IMG/VR virus record: IMGVR_UViG_3300042876_000238
Coordinates: 257 to 64,256 of that record
Reading direction: 5' to 3' (one strand)
Origin: a virus
Taxonomy: Duplodnaviria; Caudoviricetes
DNA: 64,000 nt
The translations under genes were made by a program, and so were the position numbers. Below are positions 46,989 through 55,582 of the stretch, piece after piece (the first letter of the stretch is position 1; each line of letters begins with the position of its first letter). The notes under the pieces are model-generated. The model saw only the letters and a list, made by a program, of their open reading frames with translations. It did not search any database and had not been told where the DNA came from.

Positions 46989-47978
46989 TTAGCCCTTCTC
47001 GACGAACGCGCGTCCCATCGCGACGCCGTTCACCACCCGGAAGCCGTAGACCTGAAGGCCACGGAGCAGGTTGCTGAACGAGCGCTCGCTGCGCAGGGTC
47101 TCCATCTTCGTGAACTGCGACGCGAACGTGAGCGCCGCCGTCGTGCCGAAGAAGACCGCCTTCTCTTCCGTGTAGCCGCCGCCCGACGCCGGGAGGAGGT
47201 TCGACAGGTAGAGCGTGAAGCGGTCGATCATGCCGAGACGACCGTTGCGCAGGATCGAGGTGCCGTCACCCGCGAGCGAGGCGTCGCGGAGATCCGACTT
47301 CTTGATCATCGACGCCATCCACGCCGGGATGATCATCCAGCGGCCCGACTCCGGGATGTTCTGCTCGTCGAGAACCTGACCGGCATCGACGATGAAGTCG
47401 ATGACGGACTTGTCGTTCGAGTTGCTGGAACCGTCGCCGGTACCCGCGGAAGCCTTCTGCACGAAGCAGGGTGCGCCCGGCGTACCGAGGCGGATGTCCT
47501 GCGAAATGCGTCCGGCCGTGTTGCCACGGTTGAAGGCGCTGATGTCGGTCGTGGTGCCGAGCGAGGTCAGGACCGCGGTGTCGATCGCGATCTTGAACTG
47601 CTCCGACGCCTCTTCCGCCCAGACAGACATCTGGTCGATGTCCGACTGCACGGCCATGACGTCGTCGAGGGCGACGTTGAAGTACTTGCCCTTGTCGATC
47701 TGCAGTTCGATGACATCCGAACCCGGACGCTCGACCAGCAGGTCTTGGTTGACTTCGTAGTCGCGGATCGTGATCGACGGGCGCGTGCGGATGATGACCT
47801 TGTCGCCCTGATTCTTGATCTCACCTTCGTAGTCGGTGTTCGAGATCGCGGCGAGCACGGTGGCATCGTAGAACTTCTCCAGCAACTTCCCGGACCAGAT
47901 CTCCGGGATGAACGTGCCAGAGTAGGCCGGGGTCGGGTTACTACCCGTCCACGGCGAACCTGAAATTGGATACGGCAT
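46989..47978 (-). CDS. Major capsid protein
   Basis: FIPEIWS..LL, DYEGEI...GD.V.I, NG..G.I..F, RGL.VYG; between scaffold and terminator. Confidence 0.9.
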   Translation of the reverse strand: MPYPISGSPWTGSNPTPAYSGTFIPEIWSGKLLEKFYDATVLAAISNTDYEGEIKNQGDKVIIRTRPSITIRDYEVNQDLLVERPGSDVIELQIDKGKYFNVALDDVMAVQSDIDQMSVWAEEASEQFKIAIDTAVLTSLGTTTDISAFNRGNTAGRISQDIRLGTPGAPCFVQKASAGTGDGSSNSNDKSVIDFIVDAGQVLDEQNIPESGRWMIIPAWMASMIKKSDLRDASLAGDGTSILRNGRLGMIDRFTLYLSNLLPASGGGYTEEKAVFFGTTAALTFASQFTKMETLRSERSFSNLLRGLQVYGFRVVNGVAMGRAFVEKG

Positions 47979-48003
47979 GGTGGATTACTCCTGAAGGAAC
48001 TGA

Positions 48004-49068
48004 CTAACGAATGCGTCCCTCGCGCTGCGCCGCGAAGATATCCGCCTCGATCGCAGCAGCCTTCTGCGGGTTGCCCCGGTAAAGACCCTGCTGCTTCTCG
48101 TGGTAGAACTTCCCGATCTCAGCGCGAGACCAGATCCGCTTGTTGCTAGCTCCATCCTGAGCGCCAGCCGCCCCGGCTTTCGGTGCACCGGGGACCACCA
48201 TGTCTTCGAGCCGGGGCTGCGGTAGTGCGCCGTTGGGCGCAGCCGAGTTGGCTGAAGCAGGCGGCGTTACAGCCGCGTGTTCGTTCAGATAGCCCTTGAA
48301 GAACGCAACGACGCGCGGTCCGTCGTACGCCTTGTATGCCTCGTTCAGCATCTCGCCCCGTGTGCGACCGGAGAAGGGATCGGTCTGGTCGAGCCAGCCG
48401 AGGAACCCTTCGTCAGTGTCCAACTGCTGCCAGTTGGGCACGTGCTCCGATAGCAAGCGGTGCACTGACGCCTCATCCTGCTTCACGATCCGCCGCGCGA
48501 CCGAGGTCGCCTGATTGGCGACGCTCTCGACCTTTTGCGCGACGGGCTGCACGCGCTGCTCAATGCGCCGATCCAGTTCCGGCAGGACAGCTTCCTGCGC
48601 GGCCCGGCGGACGACGTCGAGCAGATCGGCACCGTACTCACGGACTTCTTCGTCTTTGACGAGCTTCATCGGCTGAGGCGCAGCCGACGAACCAGAAGCA
48701 GGACGTTGTGCCTGCCCGCCAAGCGATGCCAGAAGTGCGTTCGTCGCAGTCACCTGCTCCTGCAACGCACGATTGGCCCCCATGAGTTCACGAATCTGAG
48801 CCTGCAGCCGCGGGATCTCCGCGTTGTACTTGCCCTGAAGGACGCGGTACTGCTGCTCGAAGTTCGGCGCTGGCTGCTGCGTCTGCTGCGTCTGCTGCGT
48901 CTGCTGCGTCTGCTGCGTCTGCTGCGTCTGCTGCGTCTGCTGCTGAACTTCACCCGTCGCAGGAGGTTGCGGCGCGTCCCCTGCGGGCTGCTGCGGGTTG
49001 TTGATCTGGTCGATTAGCTGGTTGGCGAGTTCGACCTGTTTCTTGACTTGTGCTGGGAGAGCACTCAT
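48004..49068 (-). CDS. Scaffolding protein
   Basis: YRVLQGKYNAE coiled coil; C-terminal AQREGRI; upstream of capsid. Confidence 0.8.
   Translation of the reverse strand: MSALPAQVKKQVELANQLIDQINNPQQPAGDAPQPPATGEVQQQTQQTQQTQQTQQTQQTQQTQQPAPNFEQQYRVLQGKYNAEIPRLQAQIRELMGANRALQEQVTATNALLASLGGQAQRPASGSSAAPQPMKLVKDEEVREYGADLLDVVRRAAQEAVLPELDRRIEQRVQPVAQKVESVANQATSVARRIVKQDEASVHRLLSEHVPNWQQLDTDEGFLGWLDQTDPFSGRTRGEMLNEAYKAYDGPRVVAFFKGYLNEHAAVTPPASANSAAPNGALPQPRLEDMVVPGAPKAGAAGAQDGASNKRIWSRAEIGKFYHEKQQGLYRGNPQKAAAIEADIFAAQREGRIR
48874..48943. repeat. Perfect 9-bp tandem repeat (CTGCTGCGT)x7 encoding (QQT)n
   Basis: Read directly from the sequence. Confidence 0.95.
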
Positions 49069-49080
49069 GAGTCTTCTCCG

Positions 49081-49314
49081 TTACCGCTGTTGCTTGAATT
49101 TTTCGAGCGCGGCCGGAGCTTCGATGAACGTCTTGTAGACTTCGCGCAGCTTCAGTGCGGCTCCCTGTGCGCGATAGCACTGGGTACCTTCTGAAGCGAG
49201 TGCGCGGTCGGTCTCAGTGTTCACTTCATCCACGATCGCGTTCATGAAAACCTGAAAGTCGGAGCTACTCCGCAAGCTGGCAAGTGCCGAGGCGAGTTGC
49301 GGAGTGAGCTTCAT
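49081..49314 (-). CDS. Hypothetical head-module protein
   Basis: YRAQG motif; TGATG overlap. Confidence 0.7.
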   Translation of the reverse strand: MKLTPQLASALASLRSSSDFQVFMNAIVDEVNTETDRALASEGTQCYRAQGAALKLREVYKTFIEAPAALEKFKQQR

Positions 49315-49520
49315 CAGCGACGGTTGCCGCGACCGCCGTGACCGCTGGAAACGCCACTGGTGCGATCCGGCGGAAGGTCACGGTTGCCCTTCGTGTGGCC
49401 GATGAACTTGCTCGACGGACCCTTCGAGTGGCCCTCACCCGAACCGCCACCGCCCTGCGAGCGGTTGTTGTTCAGGTCACGGTTGCCCTTCGTGTGACCG
49501 AGAAACTTACTACCCTTCAT
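49314..49520 (-). CDS. Small basic Gly-rich protein with duplicated SKFxGHTKGNRDL
   Basis: GGGAG RBS; internal repeat. Confidence 0.7.
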   Translation of the reverse strand: MKGSKFLGHTKGNRDLNNNRSQGGGGSGEGHSKGPSSKFIGHTKGNRDLPPDRTSGVSSGHGGRGNRR

Positions 49521-49545
49521 GTTTGCAAATCTCCCTGAACACGTG

Positions 49546-50391
49546 TCAGAAACCGAGGCCGAGTCTATACCAAGGCTTCGATTCGTCAACTTGTCCTACT
49601 ACGTAATAGGAAACGGCTGCTTGTCCGGCGAACAGAAAACCGCCGTTTCCCAGCGCGATTTTCTGGAAATTCATGGCTGCCTGACCCCCCATGACCAGCC
49701 CGCCGGAAGGGGTCACAGACCGGGCTCTTGTGGCGGCTGCCGCGCCAGAAACGACGATTCCGCCGGTAGCGACCGCGGCACGATGACGGGCTCTGGTGGC
49801 GGTCCCGGCAAGAGTCAGGCCACCCGACGCGGTACGCGCCGCCTGCCGTGTTTGCGCCGCAGTACCACCAAACGACGCCCCACCCTGTGAGGTCTTGACG
49901 CGATGCCGCGCGAGCGTTGCAGCTCCGCCCGTAACGAGCCCGCCCGCTCCGGCCGCGACCCGATGCCGGGCCTTATCGCTCGTGCCGCTGAAAGTGACGC
50001 CACCTGTGCCGGAATAGGAGTACGTCTGGCTCCCAGTCTGGGACGAGTATGGGAACGATCCACTGATCGTCAGCCCGCCGGAAGGTGTGACAGCGCGAGT
50101 TCTGGTCGCAGCTACGGCTCCGCCGAATACAGCGCCGCCTGACGCGACTGCACCTCTCGCCCTTGCGGCAGTCGCTGCCCCGGCAAACGTCGCGCCACCA
50201 GCCGCCTGCGCAGCCCTAGCGCGTGCGGCAGTCGCTGCCCCGGCGAACGACGCCCCACCTGCTGAAGTCTTGGTTCGATGCCGAAGTACGCCAGCAGAAC
50301 CACCGAACTGCGCACCACCCGAACCCGTGACGTTTAGGATCTGGGTAGTTGTGACTTGCTGCTGTTCTGGGACATCCCACAGGAATGTCAT
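49546..50391 (-). CDS. 20-aa repeat fibre protein
   Basis: About 12 repeats of xxGGxxFxGxAxxxRxRxxx. Confidence 0.75.
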   Translation of the reverse strand: MTFLWDVPEQQQVTTTQILNVTGSGGAQFGGSAGVLRHRTKTSAGGASFAGAATAARARAAQAAGGATFAGAATAARARGAVASGGAVFGGAVAATRTRAVTPSGGLTISGSFPYSSQTGSQTYSYSGTGGVTFSGTSDKARHRVAAGAGGLVTGGAATLARHRVKTSQGGASFGGTAAQTRQAARTASGGLTLAGTATRARHRAAVATGGIVVSGAAAATRARSVTPSGGLVMGGQAAMNFQKIALGNGGFLFAGQAAVSYYVVGQVDESKPWYRLGLGF

Positions 50392-50400
50392 GGGACCCCC

Positions 50401-50754
50401 TTACGGCGAGCGAATGCTCCACGCGATCGTGCGATCGGTGCCAGCGATCTTGTCGAGCGTCACATCCCATCCATGCATGACGGAGAACGGGATCGAGATC
50501 CAGTGCGGCGGCGACTGCGCGCCAATGAAGCGTTTCACATACACGATGCGTTGCGAACCCGCCGACTGCACCTTTTCGTAGACCTTGAGTTCGTAGTCGT
50601 CGCCGGAAGCGAGAGCGTTGAGATCCAGCCAGATCTGGATGTACCCGTCGGCGGTCTGCGAAGCAGGTACGCCAGACGTTGAGTTCAACGTGAGTGAGTA
50701 CTCAGTCGTACTGATGCTCGCGCTGTTTTCGTAAAGAGCGTTAAGCGTTGCCAT
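50401..50754 (-). CDS. Putative structural protein
   Basis: In late operon; beta-rich. Confidence 0.65.
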   Translation of the reverse strand: MATLNALYENSASISTTEYSLTLNSTSGVPASQTADGYIQIWLDLNALASGDDYELKVYEKVQSAGSQRIVYVKRFIGAQSPPHWISIPFSVMHGWDVTLDKIAGTDRTIAWSIRSP

Positions 50755-51599
50755 TATCCGATCCCGATTGCGACAGCGTTATAACCAGCGGTGGGCGCGG
50801 CGTTGCAACGGCCACGGACGTAAATCGTGGACCCCGACGGGATGTGCCAGTACCCCTCGATAAGGTTCGTGCCGAACGGAGCGTTGATCGTCTCCGCCGT
50901 ACCTGAGACGTTCAGCACCTGTCGCGCAAGAATCGTCGGCGTACCCGTATTGGCGAGCGCAATCTCGACGTACGTGTACTGAGCCGTGATCGTACCGTTA
51001 CTGATCTGCGCCGCCACCTGAATGTGGCGAAGCTCGCGATCCGTCGTACCGAGCGACACCCACGTTCCGTCGGCCGCGTTGCCGGGAGTAAACGTCACCC
51101 CCTGCGAGTTCGTGATCGTGCCAATGGTCTGGGAAGTCTGTCCCGCCCAGACAAGTTCCGGACGGCGCGGGAGGCCGTACCCCTTGATCATCACGCGGAC
51201 AGAGCCAGCCGTTGCCTGCACGCCCTGCACACGGACGCCTAGTGTCGCGCCTTTGGGAATACGGATCGGGAACCAGAACTGCTGTCCGAACCCAGTACCG
51301 ACCGGCGAAGAAAGCCCGCATACGACGTTGCTGATGATCGCCGAATATGCCGATCCCGCTGCGGGGTCGACGCCTATATCGAGCAGGTGGCTCTTGTCCG
51401 TGCCGGTCGTCGATCCGGTGTGTACCGCAACCCAAATACCGCAGAGTTCTTCCGCGAGAGTACCAAGCCCAGACGCCGTCCAGCCGCCTTCTCCGTTTGA
51501 AGCACCGGGAGTGACGGAGATCCCGTAAGTGGTACTGGGATTCGCACCCCAGTTATCCACCCGGTACTGGTAGATCGGCGGCTCAGGCGCAAGACACAT
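50754..51599 (-). CDS. Putative structural protein with internal duplication
   Basis: G...TPG....G.W...GT...EL and IP.G.T..VR each occur twice. Confidence 0.65.
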   Translation of the reverse strand: MCLAPEPPIYQYRVDNWGANPSTTYGISVTPGASNGEGGWTASGLGTLAEELCGIWVAVHTGSTTGTDKSHLLDIGVDPAAGSAYSAIISNVVCGLSSPVGTGFGQQFWFPIRIPKGATLGVRVQGVQATAGSVRVMIKGYGLPRRPELVWAGQTSQTIGTITNSQGVTFTPGNAADGTWVSLGTTDRELRHIQVAAQISNGTITAQYTYVEIALANTGTPTILARQVLNVSGTAETINAPFGTNLIEGYWHIPSGSTIYVRGRCNAAPTAGYNAVAIGIG

Positions 51600-52003
51600 C
51601 AGTCCGCCGTGATCTGGGGCGTCAGGAGGATCTTGTCACCGTTGTTCGTCGGCGTGAACGAGGTGAACGTCTCAGCCAGAATCAGGTCGAGGTCCGTCAC
51701 GCGCGTCATGTAGTAGCCGTACACGGTGCCGTTCGTGGTGAGCGGACCAGTGAAGGTATAGTCCTGCTGCGCGTACGATGCCGTTGACGGTGCCCCGCCC
51801 GTGACTGTCCAGCTTGCACCAGTGAGGGTCTTGTTGGCGTATCCGCCACCCGTAGCCTCAGTGTAGGTGCCTGCGGTATCCGTCTCCGCGGGAGTGACGT
51901 TCGTCGCAAACAGCCGCAAGACAAGATCTCGCGTCGTCGTGACTTTGTTGACGAGGAGGCTGAGAGCAACCACCTCGCCGTTGTTCACAAGTACCAATGG
52001 CAT
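51599..52003 (-). CDS. Putative virion fibre/decoration protein
   Basis: LRLF....TP.......Y.E..GGGY, VYGYY, AE.F, GD.I..TP. Confidence 0.7.
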   Translation of the reverse strand: MPLVLVNNGEVVALSLLVNKVTTTRDLVLRLFATNVTPAETDTAGTYTEATGGGYANKTLTGASWTVTGGAPSTASYAQQDYTFTGPLTTNGTVYGYYMTRVTDLDLILAETFTSFTPTNNGDKILLTPQITAD

Positions 52004-52014
52004 GGCGAGTTACC

Positions 52015-52383
52015 TCACGAATATCCGAGATTGATCGCAACGGTTGCGTCCGGGCGGCGCGGAGCGGGGATCTCCATCAGCTTCGCCTGACGTACGCCCA
52101 TGAGGGGTACCGAAATCGCGATCTTGTTTTCGCCGACTTCGTCGGTGAGCATGACCGTGGCACCGCCACCTTCGTAAACATTGGTCAGGATGCCCACGCC
52201 GTGCAGCGGGACAACGACCCACATGCCGCGGCGCACGCGATACACCTGCGCCGTCGGTCGATGGAATGTGCGATCCGCACGCTGTACGGTGTCGCTGACG
52301 ACGGGCGTAGCGTTCGCTCCCGCCCACGGTGATTCCGGCGGAAGAGAGTCGCTGCCGAGAATCTTCTTGATCTTCGAGAACAT
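52015..52383 (-). CDS. Hypothetical protein
   Basis: GGAG RBS; RRGMWV, RQAKL.EIP..RRP. Confidence 0.65.
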   Translation of the reverse strand: MFSKIKKILGSDSLPPESPWAGANATPVVSDTVQRADRTFHRPTAQVYRVRRGMWVVVPLHGVGILTNVYEGGGATVMLTDEVGENKIAISVPLMGVRQAKLMEIPAPRRPDATVAINLGYS

Positions 52384-52391
52384 GTTGGCTC

Positions 52392-52667
52392 CTAGAAGAG
52401 GCCGACCAGATTTGAGGCCGAAGTGCCGGTGAACCGCACCATCGTCGCCTCGACAGGAACGACGCCACCCGCAACCATCGTGAAGGTGACGAACTGCCCG
52501 GCGGAATTACCGACAGGCAGTACCGAGACAGTGCCAGCCGAACCGACGTAGACCGTCATGGCACGTGGCTGGTTGTCGTAGTCAAGCAGAGGAGTAATGT
52601 CAGAAGGCGTGATCGCCTTGGCGCACGCCGGAAACCCCGTCACTACGATTGGCGTGCGCGTGCGCAT
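52392..52667 (-). CDS. Head spike base protein (RcGTA Rcc01079-like)
   Basis: AITPSD...VYVG.AG.V.V...VTF..AG...PV....V..TGT.A..LV.L. Confidence 0.8.
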   Translation of the reverse strand: MRTRTPIVVTGFPACAKAITPSDITPLLDYDNQPRAMTVYVGSAGTVSVLPVGNSAGQFVTFTMVAGGVVPVEATMVRFTGTSASNLVGLF

Positions 52668-52912
52668 CAGCAGCCCTTACGCTTCTTCACCTTGCCGCCG
52701 TCAGCGTACTCGTTGAGCGCTTTCTTGCGCTTTGCGAGGACGTCGCCCATCGTGGTCGCGGCGTTTGCGACGTTCATGCGTTTCGGCGCGGCCGGTTTCG
52801 GGTTGCCGTAGCCGTCGCCGACTCCCACCCGCGCCGCGACTGCCCGCGCAAACGTGGGCTTGCCGTATTCGTTCGCCTTGCCGCCGTCGGCGTACTTGCG
52901 TACCTTCTTCAT
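52667..52912 (-). CDS. Small basic protein with two YADGGK motifs
   Basis: GGAGG RBS. Confidence 0.7.
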   Translation of the reverse strand: MKKVRKYADGGKANEYGKPTFARAVAARVGVGDGYGNPKPAAPKRMNVANAATTMGDVLAKRKKALNEYADGGKVKKRKGC

Positions 52913-52913
52913 C

Positions 52914-55007
52914 TCAGCCTCCTGAAGGGGTGCCGCTACCAGCGCGGCCGTTGTTGGCGAACTGCTGCTCGCTCCCGGACTCCTTGCGCACCTGCTCGGG
53001 ACCGTTGCGCGCGTTCTCGGGGCCGGGGATCTGCCCCATCGGAACGCCGCCGGGCGCGCCGGGAGCGAGCGGCAGTCCGCCCATCATCTGCTTGAGTGTG
53101 TCGTCGTCCGGCACGATGACTTCGCCATCGAGGCCAAGCTCGTTCGCCACCGACCGCAGTACGTTCGCGCGGCCAATCGGACCGATGAGGTTGCTGTCGA
53201 GCGGGTTGGCCGTGATCTGCAGGAACTCCAACTGGCGCATGCGGTCCTGCTCGCGCTTCTGCGCGTGGTTCACGCCCTTGACGATGATCTTCTCGTCACC
53301 GCGGAACACGCCCGGCATGGTCATCATGATCATGTCGTAGAGTTCCTGCAGCATGGGTTCCACGACGTCACGGTCGATTGACGCAGCGACGTTCTGCAGC
53401 GTCTTCGACGCATTGCCCATCAGCATCGCAAGACCGGACGCCGTACGCCCAGCGCCGCCCACCTTCTCGTTGCCGACCATGTAGCGCGGAAGTGCGCTCA
53501 CCTCGTCAGCCATCGCGTTCAGTTTCTCGTAGACGCCCAGCAAGACGTCAGCGTATGAGTTGGGCTGGAAGAACTCGATCGGTTTCGACCCGCTCGCTGC
53601 GAGCATGGGGTCGTAACGCGTATGCCAGCGCTTCCACGGGTACATGTCGTCGGTCTCGCCGGGAGCGAGTACTTCGTCGTTGATCACCACCTGCGGACCG
53701 GATGCGATCGACAGGTTGTTGACGAGTGCACGCATCGTGGCATTGCCGACCGACTGGACGTCGTCGAGCAATTCCGGAAGTGCGGTACCGGCGATCGAGC
53801 CGGGCACCTTCTCGAAACTGGAGATGTAATAGTTCGGCCGCTGCCGCGGCGACGGTGCAATCTGCACCTTGATCACGTGGCGATCGATCAGCCACGCCTG
53901 CACTTTGTACTCTTCGAGCGGGTCGGGAACCTTCATCGGGTCCATACCCCAGTCGAGTAGCGTCTTGCCGCTCACGCTGCCGTGATATTCCGCGGTGTCG
54001 ATGAGACCACCGCTCGTGCGCGGCCAGCGCTCACGTTCTTCGAGCGCCGCACGCTCCGCGTCCGTGGTGTCCCACCAGTCGCGGAACCCGCGATTGCTGA
54101 ACTGGTCGAGCACCTGATCGATCGCGACCTTGTTGTAGCCGGGAAGATCGCGGACGGAACGAAGATCTTTGCGCGTGAGGCGGATGCGCTCGACGAACTC
54201 CGCCTCCATCACATTAGATGCGCCGGGCGACCAGTACAGGTCGAACGGCGAGACGCGATACCAGTTGAGCTTCGGCTTCTGGACGACGACACACTGCCCG
54301 CCCTGCCATGTGATCTGCGGAGCCATCCGGACGACAGGACCCTTGATCACTGCGTACGGGAAGATGGGCAGATCGATCAGGAACTCGGCAAACGCCTCGT
54401 AGAAACTGCCCTCCCACAGGAGGTCGTCGACCTTCTCCGCGGCGCGAGAGACTTCCTCTTCCGCCTGCTTTTTGGCAGCGCGCTCGGCCGCCTTGCGCAG
54501 CATCTGTACCCGGTCGGCGATCTGCTGCTGATCAATTGGCATGCCAGACTGCTGCAGTGTCGCGACTTCGACGCTGACAAGCTGCTGGATCGTCTGCTCG
54601 ATGTTCTGGGGGACTTCGGGGACCGGGGTGGGGTCGATGTCCCACGGACGGTCAGGGCCGAGATAGACGTCGCGGAGGAGGGCCGTAGCGGCTCGGCATT
54701 TGGTTGCCGTGATGCGGGCGTAGACTTCACTGCCTGACGTCTTCCTGATCTCCTGCAGCTTCGCTGCATCGTACTGGCCGCGGTACGCGCGCAAGCCGTC
54801 GATCAGTTTCTGCGCGATGCCTTCCGTGTTACGGAAGTTGCGCATCTCCTGCATTCGATCCCTGATGTGGGAGACGAGTGCGGGAAGCTCCGGTTCCTGC
54901 TCCGGCTGCGGTAGGGCAGCCTGCGCCATCTCGTCCAGCCCACGATTGGTGACGACCCTGAGTAACCCGTGGCGGGTAGGAACGGAGGAGGCGGGGGGTT
55001 GGAGCAC
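52914..55007 (-). CDS. Portal protein
   Basis: 697 aa, first gene of the head operon; VSPFDLY, GAGRTASGL.MLM. Confidence 0.9.
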   Translation of the reverse strand: MLQPPASSVPTRHGLLRVVTNRGLDEMAQAALPQPEQEPELPALVSHIRDRMQEMRNFRNTEGIAQKLIDGLRAYRGQYDAAKLQEIRKTSGSEVYARITATKCRAATALLRDVYLGPDRPWDIDPTPVPEVPQNIEQTIQQLVSVEVATLQQSGMPIDQQQIADRVQMLRKAAERAAKKQAEEEVSRAAEKVDDLLWEGSFYEAFAEFLIDLPIFPYAVIKGPVVRMAPQITWQGGQCVVVQKPKLNWYRVSPFDLYWSPGASNVMEAEFVERIRLTRKDLRSVRDLPGYNKVAIDQVLDQFSNRGFRDWWDTTDAERAALEERERWPRTSGGLIDTAEYHGSVSGKTLLDWGMDPMKVPDPLEEYKVQAWLIDRHVIKVQIAPSPRQRPNYYISSFEKVPGSIAGTALPELLDDVQSVGNATMRALVNNLSIASGPQVVINDEVLAPGETDDMYPWKRWHTRYDPMLAASGSKPIEFFQPNSYADVLLGVYEKLNAMADEVSALPRYMVGNEKVGGAGRTASGLAMLMGNASKTLQNVAASIDRDVVEPMLQELYDMIMMTMPGVFRGDEKIIVKGVNHAQKREQDRMRQLEFLQITANPLDSNLIGPIGRANVLRSVANELGLDGEVIVPDDDTLKQMMGGLPLAPGAPGGVPMGQIPGPENARNGPEQVRKESGSEQQFANNGRAGSGTPSGG

Positions 55008-55034
55008 AGGCGTCCCCTTGCTAAATTTGCGCGG

Positions 55035-55064
55035 AGTGTGGGGTTTCCCCCATCATGTTGTCAA
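55035..55064 (-). promoter_or_regulatory. Candidate promoter of structural operon
   Basis: TTGACA-18 nt-CACACT in the divergent portal/terS gap. Confidence 0.45.
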
Positions 55065-55087
55065 ATCTCTCCGAACAGGGTATGGGA

Positions 55088-55582
55088 ATGGCAACCAAGC
55101 AGGCTGTCGTGCCAAGCGACAAGACCGTGGTGCCGGGGACCGACACGGAACTCGACATCTCTGATTTGAGCCCACAAATCGCTGCAGAACTCGCGGCGGG
55201 GCTGCTCGACGCCGACGGCGTTTGTGAGAAGTACGGAATCGCCGCGGCGCAGTGGGAACGCCTGCGCAAGAACCCCTCGTTTCGTGACATGCTGAAGGAA
55301 GCCGTGACCGTCTGGCGCGGCGAACTGAATGCAGGTCAGCGCATCACCAAGAAGGCGGAGATCGTACTGGAAGAGGCGATCCCGATTCTGGATACGATGA
55401 TCCACGACAGTAAGCTCCACCCTGACTCGCGCCTGAACGCGATCAAGCAGGTGGAGTCCCTCACCGGTCGCAAGGCGAAAGAGATGGGACAGGGCGGTGC
55501 GGGCATGTTCAACCTGACGATCAACATCGGAAAGGGCAAGGGCGTGACCGTGGAAGGCGTTGCGGAGCCCGTCAGTGAGTAG
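55088..55582 (+). CDS. terS: Terminase small subunit
   Basis: N-terminal HTH-like region; FNLTINIG tail; overlaps terL start. Confidence 0.7.
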   Translation: MATKQAVVPSDKTVVPGTDTELDISDLSPQIAAELAAGLLDADGVCEKYGIAAAQWERLRKNPSFRDMLKEAVTVWRGELNAGQRITKKAEIVLEEAIPILDTMIHDSKLHPDSRLNAIKQVESLTGRKAKEMGQGGAGMFNLTINIGKGKGVTVEGVAEPVSE

